Source of the DNA: Octopus sinensis
Taxonomy: Eukaryota
NCBI RefSeq assembly: GCF_006345805.1
Contig: NC_042997.1
Location: 213,032,001 to 213,096,000 of the forward strand
Reading direction: 5' to 3'
Length of the DNA: 64,000 nt
Below are positions 21,950 to 36,225 of this stretch, piece after piece; position 1 is the first letter of the stretch; each line of letters opens with the position of its first letter. The translations under genes and the position numbers were made by a program. Under the pieces are notes generated by a model. It had not been told where the DNA came from, ran no database searches, and was given only the letters and a program-made list of their open reading frames with translations.

Positions 21950-23780
21950 ATTTTTATTCTGTTTAGTAAATCTTGTCATAATACATCACTGATTATGCAG
22001 GGTCTGTAGTAACTTTCCAATAAATGGCTGTTTTCAAAATGCAAGCTAAACTTTTGAATCAAATGTCAAACTAATAATGGAGGAAGGCCTGTATTACAGA
22101 AACTGTTTCTCCGTTTGTACATTCTGTCAAACTGTATATGACAGACTATGACACAATGAATTACTTCCAGAATCTAAGGACTGGTTAAAGATCATGCAGA
22201 TCAATAACTAAACTTAAAACCACACATAACCTATTCATATTGATCAATAGGTCAGTGGGGAGGGGTCAAATAAGTTTAAGAAATGTTTGAAATTAAGGAA
22301 TGCTAATTTTTCTTAAATATAAAGGTTTTTTTAATTGAGGAAATATCAATAAAAACAAGTAAAGAACAATGACAAAAACCCCCAGTCTGAAGTGAGGGAA
22401 ATGTTTGGGGTGGGGGTTGAATGAAAGGGAGCAGCATGCATAACCCTTTGCTGTTGTAACAGGAGGAAGAAACTGTAACCTGTGAGTTGCTATAGTAACC
22501 CATGAAGTGAAATTTTACCCTGCCTTGAAACTTACAAAAGAGTAGTCTTTATTAAAGATACCCCCAAGGGCCAGATTATGGGGTAAAACAGATTAAGTGT
22601 GCCATCAGATAGAGTTCCTCACATGGACTTCTGCCCAGGCTTCTGTTGTCCCCTCCTTTACCTCACAGGTTGAAGGTCATCAGGCTTCCATGCTAGCTTA
22701 CTGAATTCAGAACCATTTGATTACAAAATTATTTTATTAACAACATAGCTACATCTTGTATCTATTCCTAAGCAAAAGTAATTGTGAATTAGTTTTTCCC
22801 CATTTGTGTTTAGTGGAAGAATTATTCTTCTACTTTGCTTTCTGCATTCTCAAGAAGATGTTTCTTTTATTCCTTTTTCTCTGATAGAGAAGCAGCACTC
22901 GTGGTATTTTCCTGACAACATTTGAAACAATAAACTGAAAAGTTACAAGTTAACATAGAACAGACAGTGAATGTTTAAATATTTAAGGAATTTCCAAAAT
23001 ATAGAATTCCTTCATTGAAAGACATCTCCAGATGTACATCCTTGTTGTTACTTATTGATTTTTCAGGCATTGATTACTTGGAAATAGATAAACTTAACGA
23101 GTTATTTGAAGCTTTTCACACAGGTAAATTTTTAATATTCTTCTATCAAAAATAACTGCAGCTATTGAAATTCTTTTGATTTTCAATGTTTTCGAAATGA
23201 TTATTTTTATTTGCTTTTTGTTCAGTGTTTGTTGAATTCTCTTTAATTCAGCATTTCCATTTTGGAATAAGTCTTCTCATCACAATCTTTTTGGTTTTTA
23301 TTTTTACTTGTTTTATTGTACTTCAAGTTTTTGAATTCTTAATTTCCTTCTTTTTTAACAAAAACTATTTTTCCAACACATCTGTTACGCTAAAAGGAAT
23401 TTCCAAATGCATCTGTTTTTAATTTTGTCCATTTCCTTCAATGGAAGATTCAGCAATTTTTTTTTTCACTAATTCTGTTGTTTAACCTTTTAAAATCCTG
23501 AACTTTTAGATGCAGCTGGAATTTTCTCTCAACAAAAAATAAATTGAAAAACACCAAAAATTTAGGAAGTTCTAACTTTTATATGCGAATGTACATTATT
23601 TACTTCTATCGTGATTCTACAAGAAACCATGGCATTGGAAATGTTATTCAAAGATTGCAAATGTAAATTTCTGTTTTATAGGGAAAATTTTTTAGGTGGA
23701 ACTAGTTTCTTGATGGTCAAAATCTCACTGAACTTTTTGCTCCATATTGATCAACAATGATTGAATAAATTCTAGAAGAT
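21950..23780 (-). pseudogene. possible LRR/TIR relic
   Basis: Minus: NLPV*KASNNSL, ISNNK, LEMSFN, NNFVIKWF; GFKF..IDLHDL*PV and LACILKTAIYWKVTTDP..YYDKI (TIR-like). Weak and frameshifted. Confidence 0.25.
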
Positions 23781-24319
23781 AAAATGGTAAAAATAAATAT
23801 ATTTGACTTTTGACTATCCCCCACTTCCCCATTCCTCCATCACCTATATCTTCTAACCCTTCCTTCCCTCCAAGTGGGGAGCAATTAAACTATGGCAGCC
23901 TTTACATGCCCACCCCCATGATTCACCTGTCACTATACTCCCTTGGAGTAGATACCTTGAGGATATACCCTGGCCTCTCCTCAACTCTCTACTTTCCCAT
24001 TTACAGTGTGGAGTAGCATTGTATCTCCTCATACTCCACCCCTTCATCCTCCCTCCTCGTTACCCTCATCACTACCCCCTACACCTTACCTTTCTCCCCC
24101 ATTACCCCGCTTCCATCTTATCTTCCCTTCACACACCACTTTACCCACCCATATTTAATATTGGGTAGCACTACATCTCCACCTCCACCCACCCCACTCT
24201 GCACCCCCCTCTCACTAACCCTAACCCCCTTGACACTTTTATGTAGATGGTTTGGGGTAGGATATATCCTGAAGGTAACTGGTGTAAAAGAGTGTAGTGG
24301 CAGATCTGAAAGACTATAA

Positions 24320-24780
24320 ACGAAATAGCTTGTCTTAATATTAACTGACTCCATAGCTCCATAATACATCTTTGATAACATCCAGGTTTCTGTGGCTTTG
24401 AAAATATTTAAGCTTGAGGGGCGGTTGGATGGAACTTACATTCGCTTCCTTATGAGGGCTCAAAATCTCTCATGGAAACAGCATGCAACCAAAGTACGAA
24501 TATATGGGAAATTACCACCTGTATCATCTCTTGTGAAAGGTAGAAAAATCCAGTTTGCTGGACATTGTTGTAGAGCAGAAAACGAGGTAATTTCTACTCT
24601 TCTCTTCTGGAAGCCATCTGCTCACGATACCAGAGGGTGCACATTCTCCTACCCTGATGTAATCTCCAGGGAGACAGGCATCCAGCAACAGGACCTCCGT
24701 AATGCTATGATCAACCGTGAAGTCTGACATAACATAGTAAATTCCATTGTTTCGACCACGGTCGAACAATGATGATGGTG
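24320..24780 (+). mobile_element. 3' end of a second RTE-related LINE family
   Basis: LDGTYIRFLMRAQNLSWKQH...IQFAGHCCRAENEVISTLLFWKP...YPDVISR, then the terminal hairpin attgtttcgaccacggtcgaacaat and gatgatg. Confidence 0.75.
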
Positions 24781-25369
24781 ATCAAACCATCACAGGGATG
24801 ACAAGTCTAGGGTTCCCTGGTATATACAGAGTTAGGCTACTTCAGAATAATTCTTCACTCATTTTGAAATGTATTTTTTGGTAACTCGCATGTCAAAGAA
24901 CAGACCCAACATTTCCTTTGCATGTCGTAAAAGGTCACTAAGAGAAGTTGGGGTAGGATTTTCACTCTGACCTTATAAATCCCTCACCAGCAACGACTAA
25001 CCAGACAGACTGATGAACTGGGGGGTTGCTGGCTGAAGGCTGAAGAAGCATCATCAATCAGGGGTAGGAGAGAATCCCCCACAAACAGGGTGGATGCAGC
25101 AATGCACTCTCACAGTTTAGCATGTCCCCATGCAACAACCCGAAATCTCTGTTATTTCTGGAAAGCCACACTTATGGTCAAACTAAGTCATACAGAGAGA
25201 GAGAGAGATCGTCGTTAAGGGCTGTTATAGCATGGTTTAGGGACCATACTTGAATGCTTAAACATTTATTTGGAAATATTGCAGATACTTAAACCTTTTC
25301 AGGGTCAGAAAGTATTTTAAGCAACTTAAAAGAAATTAGAAAGAATTTGTCGCATTTAAAATCAATCTT

Positions 25370-25638
25370 CATCCTCCACTCCCTTCTCCTGATCCCCATC
25401 ACCACTATCATCACAACAATAATTATCATTATCATCATCGTTGTCATCATCATTGCCACCACCATCATCATCATCATCCCCTTTCTCATCACTTGCGTCC
25501 TCATCCTCCTTCGCCTCTTTCTCATCCACCACCTTCTCCTCCATATCTTCTTCCTCCTCCTCATCATCATCTCAAATACTACCACCACTGTTGCTTCTTC
25601 AACCCCCACCACCACCACCACAATCAATGTCAACTTTG

Positions 25639-25675
<37 letters not shown>
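25370..25675. repeat. compound (ATC/ACC/CTC)n trinucleotide tract
   Basis: Visible directly. It explains the low-complexity ORFs 25289-25729. Confidence 0.9.
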
Positions 25676-25677
<2 letters not shown>

Positions 25678-25703
25678 TTATTATTCAATAATAGCACAAA
25701 GTA

Positions 25704-26300
25704 GGGCAGCAAGCTGGCAGAGTTGTTAGCACACCAGATGAAATGCTTGGTGGTATTTCGTCTGCGTTACGTTGTGAGTTCAAATTCCGCCAAGGTCGAC
25801 TTTGCCTTTCATCCTTTCGGGGTCAATAAATTAAGTACCAGTTACGCACTGGGGTCGATGTAATCGACTTAATACCTATGTCTGTCCTTGTTTGTCCCCT
25901 CTGTGTTTAGCCCCTTGTGGGTAATAAAGAAATAGGTATTTCGTCTGCTGCTACGTTCTGAGTTCAAATTCTGCTGTGGTCGACTTTGCTTTTCATCCTT
26001 TTGGGGTTGATGAATTAAGTACCAGTTGCATACTGGGGTCGATCTAATCGGCTGGTTCCCTTCCTCAAAATTTCGAGCCTTGTGCCTAGACTAGAAAAGA
26101 AAAGACTCATTAGCATTCCAAGGGAAATGTTCAGGAACATTTCGTCTGTCTTTACGTACTGAGTTCAAATTCTGCCAAGGTCGACTTTCATCCTTTCGGG
26201 GTCGATAAAATAAGTACCATTTGAGCACTGGGGTCAATGTAATCAACTTAGCTGTTCCCTGAAATTACTGGCCTTGTACCAAAACGTAAAACCAATGTAC
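25704..26300 (+). mobile_element. SINE family D dimer plus an adjacent partial copy
   Basis: Head at 25704, ggtatttcg units at 25752 and 25935, alternative tail ending at 26100, and a further headless unit at 26138-26300. Confidence 0.8.
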
Positions 26301-26689
26301 AAAGGGAAACAGCCATGAAATGGTTAAATATAATTATTTACATGAATGATATCTAATATTGAACTTTCAAATAACTAATTAGAAATGGAGAATATTGAAG
26401 TGGTTTTACTGAAAGTCATAGAATTACAATAGAATAACGAAATTTTTGAAGAAGTTGTAGAAATGTTTTCTGGCTTTGTGCGCACTCATCAAATCTGAGT
26501 AAATTCTGCACAAATTTAAAACAATATATTAATAGCAATCATGTTAATTTCCTCAAAGAACCAGCAGCAAAGTCAGATACGGGAAAATATATAATATTAC
26601 AACAAATTGCCTACTTTGCATAATCAGCATTAAAACTTGAAGCAGATATTGGCAACTTACCCTAAAGCACTTCAAAACTATATATATGT

Positions 26690-27001
26690 CTGGAGGCACA
26701 ATGGCCTAATGGAAAGGACAGCGGACTCGCGGTCATAGGATCGTGGTTTCGATTCCCAGATCAGGTGTTGTGAGTGTTTATTGAGCAAAAACACCTAAAA
26801 AAAGCTCCACAAAGCTCCGTCAGGGGATGGTGGCGATCCCTGCCATACTCTTTCGCCACAACTTTCTCTCACTCTTTCTTCTATTGGCCTGCTCGCTTTG
26901 CCAGCAGGATGACATCATTTGAAGGCTAAAACAATACGAAGCGCATTGTGACCAGCGACGTGTAGCAACATCTGATAGCCTGGTCAGTCACGGTGGTCAC
27001 G

Positions 27002-27003
<2 letters not shown>
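26690..27003 (+). mobile_element. SINE family B variant with a different 3' half
   Basis: ggaggcacaatggcctaatgg head. It diverges from the 20526 copy after ctctcactctttctt. Confidence 0.75.
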
Positions 27004-27032
<29 letters not shown>

Positions 27033-28310
27033 CTGTATGCAAGCTCGTGCTCGCAAACCTTTGTTTGACCTTACCTGATACTTTCATTCAAGCAATGTCG
27101 TTAATTTCCAATCTTCTGTGCAAAATATGTTTGACTCGAGGCAAATATTACTTTTCATAGAAACAAACATTTTTGAGACATTTGGTATTAAAAAAATCCA
27201 CAAAGTTTCTTTTTTATGTTCCTTGTAATGTCTTAGTTTTCTTGCTACTAATAATCTGTTTTACGTATGTCATGAACCAAACGGTTTTTTGTGTCATTCT
27301 GACTTCTTTGGAAAATCCCTGGCAACACAGATGCATAATTTTGTCTACTAATTAATTTTCAAAGAATGAGGAATCCTAATTCTTTGTCTTGCTCTCCATT
27401 TTCTTTATTATTTTCCTGAAATCATGGAAAATCATTGTTTTGAAGAAATTGCTCGTCCTTGACCATTTCCATTGCTTTATGTTCAATCTTCTTTCTTTAC
27501 TATTTCTTCTCTCTTTTCCTTTCTCGTTTTCACCAATAGTTGGTTGGTTTTCATCTGAAACTAGTGTCTCTCCCTCATCACATGATGTTATCGTATTATT
27601 GGTTTGCCACTATTAGGAGACAAGATGGGTGTTCATTTATTTCTAATACTGCACACAAAAGTATTTCATTTGCCAACCTCACAGTTTTAGAAGCTGGGCT
27701 ACTCTTTCGGTTGATTGCCATTATCATTTCTCTTTTGGGCTTTTACTTAATTTTTCAAATTCTTCCCAACAATCAGTTCTGGGATTACTCTTCCTATAAT
27801 AAATGTAGCAACTAAGTTTCATTAATCTCAAGCTTTTTGTCTTAGCACCTCCTACTGGGCACAGTTCTAGTAAAGTTCTGTAGACTTTGAGGGTCGTTGG
27901 GACTTGCAAATACAGTTGACATCCCGTAATCACTTGTCAGCTTTTGTTAACCCTGCTTTAATCCCTGTCACAAACTGACATACAAACATCGTTTCTGATT
28001 CCATGGAGGGCTCATCATGAAGAACTTAGCTGATAGTCTGAGACATTCCACACCAGCATCAGCATCAACAGGATTACCAAATTCTACAAGTCAGCAATGC
28101 CCCAGGACTCACCTGACAGCATTTACATATCTATGAAGTCTATCTCAAGTCAGTAGCACCCTTTCACTTGAAACTCTTTCAGAACAGACTAAACAGTTCA
28201 TTTTTTTATGGGCACCCAACACTTTCATGAGAATGTCATCACTCTTCTCGTCTAGAAACCTCTATAAATCACTAACATGGAACCTCCACAAATGCCATTA
28301 CCTGAGTGGT

Positions 28311-28695
28311 GTGGAAGCACTCCGTCGGTTACGACGATGAGGGTTCCGGTTGATCCGAATCAACGGAACAGCCTGCTCGTGGAATTAATGTGTAAGTGGC
28401 TGAGCAGTCCACAGACACGTGTACCCTTAACGTAGTTCTCGGGGATAATCAGCATGACACAGAGAGTGACAAGGCCGGCCCTTTGAAATACAGGTACAAC
28501 AGAAACAGGAAGTAAGAGTGAGAGAAAGTTGTGGTGAAAGAGTACAGCAAGGATCACCACCATCCCCTGCCGGAGCCTCGTGGAGCTTTTAGGTGTTTTC
28601 GCTCAATAAACTCTCACAACGCCCGGTTTGGGAATCGAAACCGCGATCCTATGACCGCGAGTCCACTGCCCTAACCACTGGGCCATTGCGCCTCC
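28311..28695 (-). mobile_element. SINE family B with 12-bp TSD
   Basis: tacctgagtggt at 28299-28310 and 28696-28707. Confidence 0.92.
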
Positions 28696-30240
28696 TACCT
28701 GAGTGGTAGAGGATGGTGGGCACTTGATGAATTTCAAGAAAAAATTAAAGGTTATATTGGATAATGTTGTCAATGTAGTAAAAGACAGAATGGTCAGTGA
28801 ACACCTTTGTATCTATTGAAGGAAGAACTAAACATTAAACAACACAGAAATTAGCCTCTTCAAAGCTGCTTCCTCTGTTAGACTAATGCTCACCTTGCCA
28901 AGTATCAAAACATTTTCTTGAAAGAACTCTGAACACTGATGTGTTGGTATGTACCACCTTCATCAAGCACTAATCTTCTTCTACAGCATCATTAGTTGGT
29001 CTCTTATCAACACTAACAGATCAGTCATGGGATAAATTGCATGATGAGGACAGTTAAAGAAATTATTGATATTTCTTTCTCATATAATAAGATAATAGTT
29101 TCCAAACAATACCAAGATTCTTCTAGTTTTTTCCCTTAATCACCCAATTATTTAAATCTAAATTTAATTTATAATTCATGTCCTCCAAAGAAGTGTGGAA
29201 ATTCTAAAGGTGTTAAAATGTTTCTCACACATTTTCCAAACAATCAATAAACTTTATTTTGATATTGTTTCTTACTCAAGATCCTTTGATATTTTAGAGA
29301 GAAGTAACAAGGTGTAATCTTCATGACTTTATCTATGCTATTGGCTGTATCAGTTGTTGTTGTTGTTGTTGTGTAACCCCAGGCTAGTCATGGTCGAATA
29401 AGCCTGATGCTAAATGATTAATGTGTTCTAGCCTTGACCCTCCCATACCTAAACACAAAACACCCAAATCCTGTCATTCAATGTGTCCTTCTTTTCTAAG
29501 ATGGCATGGTATAAACAAGGGTGAGATTTGGCTGTTGTTTCTTACAGATCAAGTGAACCTATAAAGCTCTTTCATCAGTTCATGTTATAAGTAAATTGAA
29601 ATGGTTCCAACCAGAAACTTAAAACTGACCACATAAATTTACCCTTCATCTGCTGTCTAACTAGGGACTTTTCACAGTTTCAATGCGTGAGGACAGTACT
29701 GCATATTGTAGAGGAATCAGCAATATTTGTTTATTTTCCTTTTTCTTTTGTTTTATGACCATAGTAAAATTAGACAAAACAAACCAAGAGATTAGTGCAT
29801 GAGTCCAACATACAAAGAATAATTAAATAAAAATTATTGTTTTCTAGTTGTTTAGGCTTGACTATAAATTTTTTGTGTGTCCTCTGTGTTGTCTCTGTCC
29901 TTATCACCAATATCTAGACATGACGTTTTTTAGCTTTGTGAACTATATTTGTCTATTACTGTCACCAAAACTTAACTTTATTTTTCTTTATTTTTTGTTC
30001 ATCACATTTTCATTGTATTAACTTCTAACAACAATATTCAACGATTGTTCATACCTCTTAGATAACGTGATAACTGTCATCAGACATCAAATCAGCCGAA
30101 AGTCCATAAATGAAGGGTAAATTCTTCATTTATTCTCACCATGGTCTTCTAAATGGGTGTATCTAATTTCTTCCATTTTCATTTCAATGCACACAACTGC
30201 TTTTTATTACAATTGTTATACTCTTAATCTGCTGCGGCAG

Positions 30241-30316
<76 letters not shown>

Positions 30317-30324
<8 letters not shown>

Positions 30325-31520
30325 AATGGACACATAAGAGGTGCAGCAATGTCAAAGGAAGGCTAACTAGGAAGATACTTTTTGTATGTGGCATATGCTC
30401 AGGAGCAATAAACACTGAAAATACGCAGAGACCAACTTCCGCCACATTCCATGGAGAATAACTAGAAATAGCTGATAGCTTCCGTTACCTAGGTGACCAA
30501 GTCAGTAGCGGGGGCGGGTGTGTTGAAAGTGTAACTGCTAGAGTAAGAATAGCCTGGGCAAAGTTCAGAGAGCTCTTACCTCTGCTGGTGACAAAAGACC
30601 TCTCGCTCAGAGTAAAAGGCAGACTGTATGATGCGTGTGTACGAACAGCCATGCTACATGGCAGTGAAACATGGGCCGTGACTGCTGAGGACATGTGTAA
30701 GCTCGCAAGAAATGAAGCCAGTATGCTCCGATGGATGTATAATGTCAGTGTTCACACTCGACAGAGTGTAAGTACCTTGAGAGAAAAGTTGGACTTCAGA
30801 AGCATCAGATGTGGTGTGCAAGAGAGACGACTGCATTGGTATGGTCATGTGACAAGAATGGATGAAGATAGGTGTTTGAAAAAGTGCCACACCCTAGCAG
30901 TTGAGGGAACCTGCGGAAGAGGTAGACCCAGGAAAACCTGGGACGAGGTGGTGAAGCACAACCTTCGAACTTTAGGTCTCACTGAGGAAATGACTAGAGA
31001 CCGAGACCTTTGGAAGTATGCTGTACGTGAGAAGACCCGGCAGGACAAGTGAGACCATAACCCATGGCCTCTACCTGGGATGTAGCCAGTCCACTTATGC
31101 ATAACTTTCCTTCTTGGGACACAAAACTCTACTTGTGAAGACCTGTTGAGGCAAGTGAAAATCAAAATCAAAATCGATCAACATCAATGGAAATTGTAGC
31201 TGTGATACCAGTGCCAGTGGCACGGAAGAGAACTATCCGAACGTGGCCGTTGCCAGTGCTGCCTCGACTGGCCTCCGTGCTGGTGGCACGTAAAAAGCAC
31301 CATCCGATCGTGGCCGTTTGCCAGCCTCGTCTGGCACGTAAAAAGCACCCACTACACACATGGAGTGGTTGGTGCTAGGAAGGGCATCCAGCTGTAGAAA
31401 CATTGCCAGATCAGACTGGGGCTGGTGCAGCCTTCTGGCTTCCCAGACCCCAGTTGAACCGTCCAACCCATGCTAGCATGGAAAGCGGATGTTAAACGAT
31501 GATGATGATGATGATGATAA
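30317..31520 (+). mobile_element. 5'-truncated RTE LINE (part of PHD, RT thumb and 3' UTR)
   Basis: WTHKRCS...FVCGIC; ORF 30588-31052 (LYDACVRTAMLHGSETW...WYGHVTRM...GRGRPRKTW); tail ending in (gat)n. Confidence 0.92.
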
Positions 31521-31589
31521 AATATAAATATTTTATATACATACATATATATATATGTATATATACATATAAAATATAAGTATATTTAT

Positions 31590-31659
<70 letters not shown>

Positions 31660-31744
31660 TAAGATATAAATATATTTATACACACACACACACATATATA
31701 TACATACATATACATATAAATTATAATATATATATATATGTGTG

Positions 31745-32050
31745 TGTGTGTGTATATGGGTTCAGGACATCACCAACAGTAAACAACATGAAATACGGAA
31801 ACAAATGAATTAAATACACAAACAACGAGAGAACAAATAGAAAACAGGACAAGTAACACAAAGAACGACCCTTCATCAGTTATTGGTTGTCTATCTACTC
31901 CTTATTTCGGATGTTGAATGACAATATGAGTCTTCGAAGACAGTTACTCCCATAAATACCAAATTAAAATCTGGGATTTTATGGGGAGAACAAAAACAGG
32001 ACAGTGTAGACATACAAGGAAACCAAACAAAAGCAAACATGGAGGGTTGT
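31745..32050 (-). repeat. dispersed repeat inserted in a TA/TG microsatellite
   Basis: Related to 2576-2850. Contains ctgatga on the minus strand at 31873-31879. Confidence 0.45.
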
Positions 32051-32097
32051 TAGATCAGAACGAGGGTGTATATATACATATATATGTATATGCATAC

Positions 32098-32163
<66 letters not shown>

Positions 32164-32174
32164 TATATATATAT

Positions 32175-32370
32175 TTCGTTTAACGTCTGTTTTCCATGCT
32201 AGCATGGGTTGGACAGTTCGATCGGGGTCTGGGAAGCCAGGAGGCTGCATCAGGCTCCAGTCTGATCTGGCAGTGTTTCTACAGTTGGACACCCTTCCTA
32301 ACGCCAACCACTCCCTGAGTGTAGTGGATGCTTTTTACATGCCACCAGCACAGGGGCCAGAGAAGGGTGG
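32175..32370 (-). mobile_element. RTE 3' tail
   Basis: tttaacgtctgttttccatgctagcatggg...ccttcctaacgccaacc. Confidence 0.85.
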
Positions 32371-32899
32371 CATATATATATATATATATAGGGTATGATG
32401 GATAAATTGTAGTCATTTTATATCTTTAATTTCACACTTGCACATTGTTTGTTTTTGTTAACAACACAGTGTAGTAGGGTCAGTTGGGTACTGTCTGTCA
32501 GAAAAACAGCACCATGATGCAATTAACGGACATGTTTTTGGCCCACAGGTATGCCATCTTTTTTCTATTATTTCATTATGCCTTTTGTCCCTCAAAATTG
32601 ACTGAGCTCATATCTCCTTAAGTCAGGCACTTCCGTCCTACTCTTTTCTCCATCTCTCATCACTCCTAACCCTAACCCTAGTTACTATACTAAATTCTTT
32701 TCCTTCTATCTTTTCCCTGCTTGTGTTTTCCTTCCTGCTGTTGATCTGTAACACTTTAAACAGAATGTTAATGACATTAGTTTCATCTCTATCTCAGAAG
32801 ACCTACAAAGTACATGAGCACAACCCCTTACTGTCAACTCAATTTGAAAGCACCCTCGTTTCTTTGGCTGCTAGCTTTTCCTGTCTCTGTTCCTAAAAT

Positions 32900-33960
32900 T
32901 GAAGCAGGTTTTACATGTGGTATCTAGGTTGTGTGTAGATTGATGCATGGTTCAAGAAGGATAGGGAGGAATGAAAGAGAGAACCATCAACAAAAGAGTG
33001 AGTGTTGTTAGATGTAGTGGCAAGTAGGTCACTGATGTGGAGAAGGAAGAGAGAGGGGGAGGAAGAGAAGTAAGCCCTAGGTGGACCAGAGTTAATTAAG
33101 AGCAAAGCTGAAAGAGCTCCCTTCAACACATGCAACAATCTGACTGGAAACTGACAATTCAAGAGATGAGTGGAGTTCATAGGTGGGAGGTTTAAATTGG
33201 AGATTTGCATATTAGACTCAATTGAAGTCTTTGCTGATGTTCAGAGCAACAAAATTGCTTTTGCTGAACTTACTCTTTTACTCTTTTACTTGTTTCAGTC
33301 ATTTGACTGCGGCCATACTGGAGCACCGCCTTTTTTAGTCAAACAAATCGATCCCGGGACTTATTCTTTGTAAGCCTAGTACTTATTCTATCGGTCTCTT
33401 TTGCCAAACCACTAAGTTATGGGGACGTAAACACACCAGCATCTGTTGTCAAGCAATGCTAGGGGGACAAACACAGACACACAAACACACACACACATAC
33501 ATATATATATATACATACATATATACGACAGGCTTCTTTCAGTTTCCGTCTACCAAATCCACTCATAAGGCATTGGTCAGCCCGGGGCAATAGCAGAAGA
33601 CACTTGCCCAAGATGCCATGCAGTGGGACTGAACCTGGAACCATGTGGTTGGTTAGCAAGCTACTTACCACACAGCCACTCCTGCGTCTATGAAAATCAA
33701 AATCAAAATCGATCAACAAGAAAGTAGACCTCCAGTGGATTTGTGCAAAAGTTGTCTTGGTGGTCCCTAATGGAAAAAGAGAGATAGGAGGAGGGAGGAG
33801 AGTGTGATCCAAGGAGTTGGAGGATGTTATTGTCAATGATTGTCTTCATTACCTTAGAAATATTAAAGATCAGAGAAATAGATTGACAGTTTGCCGAGTC
33901 AAAGGAGTTGCCTTTCTGGAAGAGTGCTTCCAAAAATCAGAGTATATCCATGTTTATTCT
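32900..33960 (-). mobile_element. CR1/L2-type RT relic split by a SINE
   Basis: KGNSFDSANCQSISL...ISKVMKTII (33933-33703) and INSGPP...SPSLFLLHISDLL.TSN.THSFVD (33210-32911). Confidence 0.75.
33265..33690 (-). mobile_element. SINE family A
   Basis: Full-length reverse-complement match to 16753-17155. Confidence 0.9.
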
Positions 33961-34029
33961 CTCCTTTCTTTAATTTACTCTTCTTCCACTGATCTAGTTT
34001 ACTTATGGTAGATAAGGCAATTAAAGATA

Positions 34030-34780
34030 TGTAAATAGGGTAAGCCCCCGGTTGATCTGGATTTACTGCTGAAATGCTCAAAATATCTGGTAGGGTAGGA
34101 CACACGTTAGTCACCTGCATAGTTAACCAGGTTATTCAGGAAGGTGTAATACCCAGTGTCTGGTGTAGCAGGATTGTAGTCAGCTGCAACAAGAAAATGA
34201 AGATGTTTTAAGCAGAAGCAATTATGGAGACATCAGACTTCTGGGCCAGGTGATGAAAATTATGGAATGAGTTATAACCTAATTAATTAGGAGCAGAATT
34301 AGGCTAAATGAAATGCAGTTTGGCTTTGCCCCAGGGAGAAGCACTACTGATACTATTTTCATAGTCAAGCAACTGCAAGAGAAGTATTTAGCTAAGAACA
34401 AGCCACTATACTTGGCATTCATTGATCTAGAGAAAGGCTTTGATAAAATTCCCTGCTGAGAAGGCCAGGTATGCATGAGTGGCTTGTGAAAGCTGTACAG
34501 GCCATGTACAGAGATGCTGTCAGTAAGATGAAACTTAACCACAGGTACAGTGAAAAATTTGATGTAGGGGTTCATCAAGGTTCAGTCCTCACCATTATCC
34601 TCTAGGCCATAACAATAAATTCAAGACTAGCAGCCCCTGGGAACTTCTATATACTAATGATCTTGCCCTCATAGCAGATCTTGTGTCAGAGCTAGAAAAG
34701 AAATTCCAGATGTGGAAGTAGAAACCTGGAATCAAAGGGCCTTAAAGGTTAACTTAGCAAAGACTAAGGTTTTAATAAGG
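34030..34780 (+). mobile_element. RTE RT fragment
   Basis: QFGFAPGRSTTDTIFIVKQLQEKYL...FIDLEKGFD...GVHQGSVL, matching 48404-48844. Confidence 0.85.
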
Positions 34781-34844
34781 AAGAAAACATTCACACACAC
34801 ACACACATATAGATATACACATACACTCATGCATATATATATAT

Positions 34845-35080
34845 ATCATCATCATCATCATCAAACGTCCGCTTTCCATGCTAGCATGGGTTGGACGATT
34901 TTGACTGAGGGCTGGCAAACCAGATGGCTGCACCAGGCTCCAGTCTGATCTGGCATGGTTTCTACAGCTGGATGCCCTTCCTAACGCCAATCACTCTGAG
35001 AGTGTAATGGGTGCTTTTTATGTTCCACTGGCATGGGGGCCAGTCAGGCAGTACTGGCAATGACCTCACTCGAATGTTTT
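34845..35080 (-). mobile_element. RTE 3' tail
   Basis: (cat)n caaacgtccgctttccatgctagcatggg. Confidence 0.85.
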
Positions 35081-35149
35081 TACAAGTGCCAGTATAGGGA
35101 CATAAACAAACCAACACCAGTTGTCAAGTCGTAATGAAGCATATTACTC

Positions 35150-35545
35150 TTTACTCTTTTATTTGTTTCAGTCATTGACTGCAGCCATGCTGGAGCATCG
35201 CCTTTTGTCAAGCAAATCGACCCCAGGACTTATTCTTTGTAAGCCTAGTACTTATTCTATTGGTCTCTTTTACTGAGCCGCTAAGTTACAGGGACGTAAA
35301 CACACCACCATCGGTTGTCAAGCAATGTTGGGGGGACAAACACAGACACACAAGCACACACACATATATATATACATATACATATATACGACAGGTTTCT
35401 TTCAGTTTCCGTCTACCAAATCCACTCACAAGGCTTTGGTCAGCCCAAAGCTATAGTAGAAGACACTTGCCCAAAGTACCATGCAGTGGGACTGAACCCG
35501 GAACCATGTGGTTAGTAAGCAAGCTACTTACCACACAGCCACTTC
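35150..35545 (-). mobile_element. SINE family A
   Basis: actctttt..tttcagtcattgactgcagccatgctggagc...ctacttaccacacagccac. Confidence 0.85.
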
Positions 35546-35854
35546 TGCGCATATATACACACTCATGCATACACACACACACACTGACACTGCCAGTTTC
35601 CTGTCCAACCAGGCAGGCAAAGAAACTCTTTTCTCTGATGGAACAGGTGTCACTTACCAAGCAACATTATCCACTGTAACAACTTGCGACTCTCCTTCAC
35701 CAATAGCAGCCCATCTTCCTGCAGCCACCTTGAACTTCCTGGACCTCTTCATTTAGCCATTCCAGAGCCTGAAAGAGACAGGCTCCATCTGGGGGCCTGC
35801 AAAAATAGAAGTAGCACAGAAGCCAAAACAAACTGTTTTAGATACTACTACTAC

Positions 35855-35886
<32 letters not shown>

Positions 35887-35889
35887 TTA

Positions 35890-36225
35890 ATAACAATCGC
35901 TTGACTGGCGCCTGTGCCAGTGGCACATAAAAAGCACCATCTGAATGTAACCAATGCCAATACCTCCCGACTGGCCCCTGTGCTGGTGGCATATAAAAAG
36001 CACTATCCGAACGTGATTGATGCCAGGCCTGCCTGACTGGCCCTTGTGCCAGTGGCACATAAAAAGCACCCACTACACTTTCAGAGTGGTTGGCATTAGG
36101 AAAGGCAGTTGTAGAAACATTGCCAGATCAGACTGGTGCCTGGTGCAGCTGCTGGCTCTCCAGACCTCAGTCAAAGCGTCCAACCCATGCCAGCATGGAA
36201 AACGGACATTGAACGATGATGATGT

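Larger units (their letters stand above)
26300..29300 (+). pseudogene. possible LRR relic stretch broken by SINEs
   Basis: IELSNN*L, LLKVIELQ*NNEI..FSGF, NLKQYINSNHV (26350-26560); LENPWQHRC (about 27310); LKLFQNRL; IIDISFSYNKI and YLNLNLIYNS (29060-29180). Chance matches are not excluded. Confidence 0.25.

Noticed and set aside
23067-23123. Candidate 57-nt exon (tttttcag|GIDYLEIDKLNELFEAFHT|gtaaat)
   Set aside because: The splice signals and open frame are good, but I found no partner exons or recognisable protein, and it overlaps a possible minus-strand LRR relic. RNA-seq would be needed.
24915-25060. tgtcgtaaaaggtcactaa motif and nearby ctgatga/ctgaaga as a ribozyme
   Set aside because: There is no GAAA partner, and I could not build an HDV-like double pseudoknot by eye. 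It is probably a decayed retroelement end.
31873-31908. CTGATGA and GAAA on the minus strand as a type II hammerhead
   Set aside because: The order fits type II, but stem I cannot form and stem III is only 2 bp.
35690-35760. LNFLDLFI as a Penelope RT motif
   Set aside because: A single short motif with no supporting RT context.
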